From positions 1 through 42,945 of the forward strand of contig JAZDHC010000039.1 in NCBI GenBank assembly GCA_043806395.1: a stretch of DNA of 42,945 nt, in the 5' to 3' direction. Source of the stretch: Candidatus Desantisbacteria bacterium (GTDB taxonomy: Bacteria > UBA9089 > CG2-30-40-21). Below the pieces are notes generated by a model, which did not search any database, was not told the DNA's origin, and was given only the letters and a program-made list of their open reading frames with translations. Positions 37,966 through 42,945 of the stretch are shown here, one piece after another. Within the stretch, counting starts at the first letter, position 1. The number at the start of each line of letters is the position of its first letter. The position numbers were made by a program, and so were the translations under genes.

Positions 37966-39330
37966 ATGCAAGATTTAACCCCCAGAGAGATTGTCAGTGA
38001 ACTTGACAAATACATTATTGGTCAGGATAAAGCCAAAAAGGCAGTAGCTATTGCCTTAAGAAACCGTATCCGAAGACAAAGGTTAGCAGAAGAGTTGAGG
38101 GAAGAGGTTTCTCCGAAAAATATTATCATGATTGGTCCCACGGGTGTGGGTAAAACAGAGATTGCGCGAAGGCTTTCTAATTTAGCCAATGTCCCATTTC
38201 TCAAGATAGAGGCAACAAAATTTACAGAAGTAGGTTATGTTGGTCGGGATGTGGAGTCAATGGTGCGGGACCTTACCACTATGACGGTAAATTTAGTTAA
38301 GCAGGATGCTATGAAAAAGATAGAGAAAGAGGCTCTGGACATGGTTGAGGAAAAAATCTTAGATATTCTCTTGCCTTTACCAAAGACAAAGAAGAAGAAA
38401 AAATCTGATACAGAAGAAGTGGATATTGCTGCACAGGAAGTGGAAAAGATTCAAAATAGTCGTGAAAAACTACGGAAAAAACTACAGCAAGGTAATTTGG
38501 AAAATAGAATGATAGAGATAGATACTAAGGATACCTCTATGCCTATGTTTGAGATATTTGCTGGAAGTGGAATGGAAGGGCTTGATATGGGGCTGTCTGA
38601 TGCCTTAAGCACGATGCTGCCGCAAAAGGTTAAGAAAAGAAAGGTGACTGTTGTAGAGGCTCGTAGAATCCTGATCAATGAGGAATCACAAAAATTAATT
38701 GATATGGAAGATATCCTTAAGGATGCCATTAACCGCATAGAAAACCAGGGGATTATCTTTTTGGATGAATTGGATAAGGTGGTCAGTACAGGATCCCGAA
38801 CAGGTGGACCAGATGTTTCCCGTGAGGGTGTTCAACGGGATTTATTGCCTATTGTTGAGGGAACTACTGTTACTACCCGTTATGGGCCGGTCAGAACAAA
38901 TCATATCCTCTTTATTGCTGCTGGAACATTTCATGATGCAAAACCAGCAGACATGATCCCGGAATTACAGGGAAGGTTTCCTATCAGGGTAGAACTCTCT
39001 TCATTGGTAAGGGAGGATTTTATCCAGATATTGACCGAGCCACGAAATGCTATTATTAAACAATATGTGGCTTTGCTTGGAACTGAGGGGGTTGAGCTAC
39101 AGTTTAAGGAAGATGCTATACATGAGATTGCTTCCCTTGCCGCTACTGTTAACGAAAATACTGAAGATATTGGAGCAAGAAGACTTCATACTATTATGGA
39201 AAAGGTGGTTGAGAATATCTCCTTTGAAACCCCACCCCGCACAGGAACGGTTATTATTGATGCTGAATATGTGCGGTCTATGTTAAATGAGATTATTAAG
39301 GATAAGGATTTGAGCAGGTATATATTGTGA
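37966..39330 (+). CDS. hslU: ATP-dependent protease ATPase subunit HslU
   Basis: 454 aa, [34 protein letters not shown].., Walker A GPTGVGKT and the I-domain insertion. GAGGTG RBS. Confidence 0.96.
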   Translation: MQDLTPREIVSELDKYIIGQDKAKKAVAIALRNRIRRQRLAEELREEVSPKNIIMIGPTGVGKTEIARRLSNLANVPFLKIEATKFTEVGYVGRDVESMVRDLTTMTVNLVKQDAMKKIEKEALDMVEEKILDILLPLPKTKKKKKSDTEEVDIAAQEVEKIQNSREKLRKKLQQGNLENRMIEIDTKDTSMPMFEIFAGSGMEGLDMGLSDALSTMLPQKVKKRKVTVVEARRILINEESQKLIDMEDILKDAINRIENQGIIFLDELDKVVSTGSRTGGPDVSREGVQRDLLPIVEGTTVTTRYGPVRTNHILFIAAGTFHDAKPADMIPELQGRFPIRVELSSLVREDFIQILTEPRNAIIKQYVALLGTEGVELQFKEDAIHEIASLAATVNENTEDIGARRLHTIMEKVVENISFETPPRTGTVIIDAEYVRSMLNEIIKDKDLSRYIL

Positions 39331-39338
39331 GGGGGAAA

Positions 39339-39657
39339 GGCTTTTAGTCTGAAGGCTGAAGGTAGGAAGGGAAGGATATGGGATAATATGGTTCTATCAC
39401 GATTTGTGTGGGTAAATAAGAGATAGGTTTATCGCTTTCATTCCACACCAGAGTATGTCATCTGGAGGTATTTCTACTTCCATGTGCGGGGGTTAAATGT
39501 ATACTTTGGAGTAGTTAAAGCGATAAACCTTCTTCAATACATATTAAGAATGTTCTGTAAGGTTGATAAAGAACCAACTTTATCTTACCCACACAAATCG
39601 TAATAGAGCCGATAATATTTCCTGCCTTTTTCCCTCATACCTTCAGCCTAAAAGCCT
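39339..39657. repeat. Hairpin of the same family as 37833-37939, interrupted in its loop by a MITE
   Basis: GGCTTTTAGTCTGAAGGCTGAAGGTAGGAAGGGAAGGATATGGGATAATAT [insert] GATAATATTTCCTGCCTTTTTCCCTCATACCTTCAGCCTAAAAGCC. Confidence 0.8.
39390..39610. mobile_element. 221-bp MITE-like element with ~26-bp terminal inverted repeats and an 8-bp target-site duplication
   Basis: Left end GGTTCTATCACGATTTGTGTGGGTAA versus the reverse complement of the right end GGCTCTATTACGATTTGTGTGGGTAA (24/26). Flanked by GATAATAT at 39382-39389 and 39611-39618. Internal second inverted repeat GGTTTATCGCTTT / AAAGCGATAAACC. No ORF. Confidence 0.8.
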
Positions 39658-39659
39658 AA

Positions 39660-41177
39660 CTACCTGCCTCTCACCATAAACCGTTTAATCAATGATGAAG
39701 TAATCTGTCCGGACACAGCCATCACAATCCCCTTTTGCAGCCAGCAAATACCCTGGGTTATTTTGACCAACAGGAGTAATGGTTCAGGATGCAGCCGTAA
39801 AAACCTTCTGTGGGATAGGAAAGACACCATTTGCCTTGGAATCAATGGTGTGCCGCTTAAGTACAATAAGGCAATCCATGCTGTATCCCATTTATCCCTC
39901 TTATACTCAAGAGTAACTCGAAATTGCGACAAAACCCTTTGCCTTTTGTCTTCAATATCATTTTGCGTGATCAGCCCCTGTTTCAATGCCATTTCTGTCA
40001 GCCCTGTCTTTGGGAAATATATCAGGGAATAAAGGGATAGCTTAAATGGCTTGGGGATATGGAGTAAAAGATTCAGGGTTTCATTTTTATCATCCTGTGT
40101 TTCAAATGGATTATCAAGGATGAGATCAAGGGCAAAGAAAATCTTGTGTTTGCGTAAGATTGTTGCTGCTTCTATTATCTGCTTGTTTGTTTCCGGCCGT
40201 TTGAAGATATGTCGCCTTACTCTTTCGCAACCGCTCTGGATACCTATGCCAATCAGGCTAACCCCTGCATCCTTTAACATTCCCAGAACATCATCATTAA
40301 CAGCTAAGGGGTGTAGGTAACAGCTAAAGGGAAGATTCAGCCCTTTTTCCTTATATTGTCGGCAAAACTCACTTATCCACTTTTTGTTTACCCCAAACAC
40401 CTCATCGAAAAAGGTGATCATCTTCAATCCCTTAAGGCTTGCCTTAGCCTGAACTAATTCATTGATTACATGCTCCACACTTCTTTGTCTGATATAATTT
40501 CCATGATTCTTGTACATCTCCTTAAACAGGCTGTTGGAGCAATAGGTGCAGCTATATGGACATCCTCGTGTCCCCTGTATAAAATAATCCCAACAATCCA
40601 GATGAATGGGATCACCCTCATAAAGTTTATCCTTGTTGATGTAATACTTGTTGGCATTGGTATAGTCCGGCAGCGGAAGGCTGCTTAAGTCCTGAATCAA
40701 TGGCCTGAGCGGATTTCTGGTAATTGTGCCTGCAATATTAAACCACAAATTCTTGATGGTTAAGGGATTGCCATTATTGGACAAGGCTTCAAGCAATTCC
40801 AGCAGCGAATATTCACCCTCACCAAGACATAGCATGTCTGCATGTTGGATACATTCCTCCGGGTCTACGGTTGGATGCACACCACCCCAGAGCACAGGGA
40901 TATTCAGTGTTTCTTTTATTGCCTTAGTTATCACCTTAGCAGTCTCAAGATAGGCGGAACAGCTGACACTTATCCCCACAATCTCTGTCCGAGACTGCTT
41001 GAGCACATTAATTAATTGCTCCAGTTCCTTTTTCGTTGGGGCAGTGGCATTATTAAAATAGCTGTGCTTAAAGAAGATGAGATTGGGGCATGCACCCTTT
41101 GACTTGAGGAAGCTATGAAGATACCGAACGCCGAAGTTTTTTATGTGATATAGGGAGATCAGGCTGAAGTTAATCAT
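39660..41177 (-). CDS. B12-binding-domain radical SAM protein (class B)
   Basis: 505 aa with an N-terminal cobalamin-binding-like domain (..IVGISVSCSAY..VLWGGVHPT..) and the radical SAM cluster motif CPYSCTYC. Confidence 0.8.
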   Translation of the reverse strand: MINFSLISLYHIKNFGVRYLHSFLKSKGACPNLIFFKHSYFNNATAPTKKELEQLINVLKQSRTEIVGISVSCSAYLETAKVITKAIKETLNIPVLWGGVHPTVDPEECIQHADMLCLGEGEYSLLELLEALSNNGNPLTIKNLWFNIAGTITRNPLRPLIQDLSSLPLPDYTNANKYYINKDKLYEGDPIHLDCWDYFIQGTRGCPYSCTYCSNSLFKEMYKNHGNYIRQRSVEHVINELVQAKASLKGLKMITFFDEVFGVNKKWISEFCRQYKEKGLNLPFSCYLHPLAVNDDVLGMLKDAGVSLIGIGIQSGCERVRRHIFKRPETNKQIIEAATILRKHKIFFALDLILDNPFETQDDKNETLNLLLHIPKPFKLSLYSLIYFPKTGLTEMALKQGLITQNDIEDKRQRVLSQFRVTLEYKRDKWDTAWIALLYLSGTPLIPRQMVSFLSHRRFLRLHPEPLLLLVKITQGICWLQKGIVMAVSGQITSSLIKRFMVRGR

Positions 41178-41270
41178 TTTCCTTCTCCATAGGTTGAATA
41201 CATGTAGGGGCAGACCTATGTGTCTGCCCTGTATTGAAATTAATCACTTCCCCTCCCCATAGGTTGAATA
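41170..41270. repeat. REP-like unit (41201-41239) flanked by a 31-bp direct duplication (41170-41200 and 41240-41270)
   Basis: The copies TTAATCATTTTCCTTCTCCATAGGTTGAATA and TTAATCACTTCCCCTCCCCATAGGTTGAATA differ by 4 T/C transitions. The insert is CATGTAGGGGCAGACCTATGTGTCTGCCCTGTATTGAAA. Confidence 0.85.
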
Positions 41271-42731
41271 TCCCTGAAGTGGCAGGCTTTTGCTATCTAC
41301 ATTTATTGTGGAATATATCATTTGTCTTTGGGCTGGCTCAGGGACAATTAAATCCCATGGGTCTTTTATTTCACCCTTCATCTGTCCAAACAAATCCCAG
41401 ACAAGCCACTGGAGCAGGATATTAGCCTGCTGACATCGAATGGTATCAAGGTTATTGATGTTTCCGTGTTGTACCCAGGCATCGTATGGGCAGCCACCGC
41501 CACAGATGGCTATTGCCGGACATCTTGAGCATTCATCTCGGTTTATGGGTGAAATGCCCTTCCACTCGTTATATCCTTCAAGAGATAAATCAAATGAATC
41601 CAATGGGTAATAATAATGCCCTGTGCCGAGAAATGCCTCGCAGAATCCAATGCTTCTGTCCGGGGCAACCAGAAATTTTCCACCACAGGAGGGGCAGTCT
41701 TTTAATCGTATCTGCTGCTCAACAAATGGCCTTATTCGCCTGAAAAGGTGCTCGGCATAAACACCCTTTTCCCGAATAAACTTGAAGGTGTCAATCATCT
41801 CCTGCGTCAATAACTCTACATCCACCATGGCTGGATTTCCGCCATTTTCATGAAGGTGAAGGGTGCTGAATCCAAGGTCAACAGGCTCAAATCTGTTTAT
41901 CAGATACTCAACTACAGATTTCAATCCCGGAATATTGTGTCTGCCAAGAACCATAGAAATACCAAGTCGACATCCAGCATCCTTGCAAATATCATACCCT
42001 CTGGCTGTATCCTCAAAACTTCCCTTGCCATCAATATAACACCGCATTTGATTATGTACCTCAGCTGGCCCATCCATGGAGACGATAACAAATACATCAT
42101 TCTCTGCTAAAAATGCAGCCATATCAGGGGTAATATTTGTAGCATTGGTAAACATGGTAATGCGGCAAGCATTGTCAACCTTGCGGATATAAGATATGGC
42201 ATGTTTTACAACATCAGGGCTAAGAAGTGGTTCACCACCATAAAACATGATTTCCCTCTGGCAGGAGGAGGTAGCACCTCTGGCAATTGAGCTGTGTTCC
42301 AGAAATTTGTTTATGCCTGCCTCGGCTGTTTCCAAAGACATGTGATGATTGCCGTAAGCTGCCCAGGTGTCAATAATATGACAATACTTGCACCGGAGAT
42401 TGCACACACTGGTTGGCACAAGGTAGAGAAATCGCGGGTCTGAGCACTGTGCCTGTTGTTGCAGATTGGATACAAGATGGGATTCTTCCCTGTTGCCGAT
42501 GTATCTCAGGAATTTATGTTCCAAAAGCGTTTCAATGTATTTGATGGCATGGTCATCTGTCTTGCCCAAGTGTCTGGCTGCCTGTTCAATGGTCTGTGGA
42601 AACCGCAGGTTTTCAAACAACTCTGCCAATAAATGGCTGCCGTAGATGTTGGTGACGAAAAGCGAGTGGTACAAACATACCCCCCCAGAAGATTTGAAAA
42701 TATGGACAAATGGTGATTTTTCGATTAACAT
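41244..42731 (-). CDS. Radical SAM / SPASM-domain protein with N-terminal RRE-like (PqqD-like) region
   Basis: CNLRCKYC radical SAM motif and a C-terminal CxxCxxxxxCxxxC (CSRCPAIAICGGGC) with additional Cys (CPSCGG..FC). Preferred ATG at 42731 with GAGGT 6 nt upstream. Confidence 0.8.
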   Translation of the reverse strand: MLIEKSPFVHIFKSSGGVCLYHSLFVTNIYGSHLLAELFENLRFPQTIEQAARHLGKTDDHAIKYIETLLEHKFLRYIGNREESHLVSNLQQQAQCSDPRFLYLVPTSVCNLRCKYCHIIDTWAAYGNHHMSLETAEAGINKFLEHSSIARGATSSCQREIMFYGGEPLLSPDVVKHAISYIRKVDNACRITMFTNATNITPDMAAFLAENDVFVIVSMDGPAEVHNQMRCYIDGKGSFEDTARGYDICKDAGCRLGISMVLGRHNIPGLKSVVEYLINRFEPVDLGFSTLHLHENGGNPAMVDVELLTQEMIDTFKFIREKGVYAEHLFRRIRPFVEQQIRLKDCPSCGGKFLVAPDRSIGFCEAFLGTGHYYYPLDSFDLSLEGYNEWKGISPINRDECSRCPAIAICGGGCPYDAWVQHGNINNLDTIRCQQANILLQWLVWDLFGQMKGEIKDPWDLIVPEPAQRQMIYSTINVDSKSLPLQGYSTYGEGK

Positions 42732-42783
42732 ATTATTACCTCGTAATTGGTAGCTACTCACCAAAGAAACAGACTAAGATTAT

Positions 42784-42810
42784 CCGCAGATTACGCAGAT
42801 TACGCAGATT
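42784..42810. repeat. Tandem 9-mer (ACGCAGATT x3)
   Basis: CCGCAGATT ACGCAGATT ACGCAGATT, probably one arm of a hairpin-family element. The partner arm was not identified inside the window. Confidence 0.6.
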
Positions 42811-42870
42811 AAGATTTTTTGGGACGGTTCACCTTTGTTTGAAAGCTTGCGGTTAGTTGAGAGTGCAATA

Positions 42871-42900
42871 TTCCCCCTTAGAAAAGGGGGTTAGGGGGTT
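42871..42900 (+). repeat. CCCCC/GGGGG hairpin repeat
   Basis: TTCCCCCTTAGAAAAGGGGGTTAGGGGGTT, near-identical to 29853-29884. Confidence 0.8.
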
Positions 42901-42945
42901 GTATTCTGTAGATGATGTCTCCTTGCCCGAAAGGAATCATATGAA

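Noticed and set aside
42880-42942. 20-codon minus-strand ORF (MIPFGQGDIIYRIQPPNPLF) upstream of the SPASM gene as a RiPP precursor
   Set aside because: Its C-terminal half is the translation of the CCCCC/GGGGG repeat, no SD can be assessed because its start sits within a few nucleotides of the window edge, and an alternative frame could be the tail of an upstream gene.

Overview
AT-rich bacterial chromosomal window, probably from an uncultivated diderm lineage (TonB-dependent receptor and Omp85-type barrel present). The minus strand from 401 to 12132 carries the conserved rpmG - tRNA-Trp - secE - nusG - rplK - rplA - rplJ - rplL - rpoB - rpoC cluster. The rest is housekeeping and envelope genes: a UPF0280 protein, a CDF transporter, MqnA, a coiled-coil/TPR protein, a class II aldolase-family protein, LarC, a sigma-70 family factor, an HD hydrolase, SppA plus a Yip1-like membrane protein, a TonB-dependent receptor, and an ABC-type substrate-binding protein with a HAMP histidine kinase. 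It continues with a 1000-aa HExxH/beta-propeller/Omp85-barrel protein, a Uma2 nuclease gene, three pseudopilin-like genes, an orphan hslU and two radical-SAM genes (a B12-binding class and an RRE-like/SPASM class). I saw no rRNA, CRISPR array, transposase, integrase or phage genes. The unusual part is non-coding. Almost every intergenic spacer, and several coding regions, hold short repeat elements from several families, and most are long hairpins whose arms are tandem 7-12 nt units. Specific cases: a 44-unit heptanucleotide array appears to be the 5' leader of sppA, and the same heptamer recurs in frame inside the 1000-aa outer-membrane gene. A GxxExxY (PD-(D/E)xK) gene sits in the loop of one hairpin family. 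A 221-bp MITE with an 8-bp target duplication is nested in another hairpin. A REP-like unit with a 31-bp flanking duplication splits two formerly overlapping radical-SAM genes. Near-consensus sigma-70 promoters sit immediately upstream of several repeats. Many longest-ORF starts in the supplied track are artefacts that read through repeats or promoters, and I give shorter starts supported by SD sites. All product calls rest on motifs read from the translations; no database search was possible.
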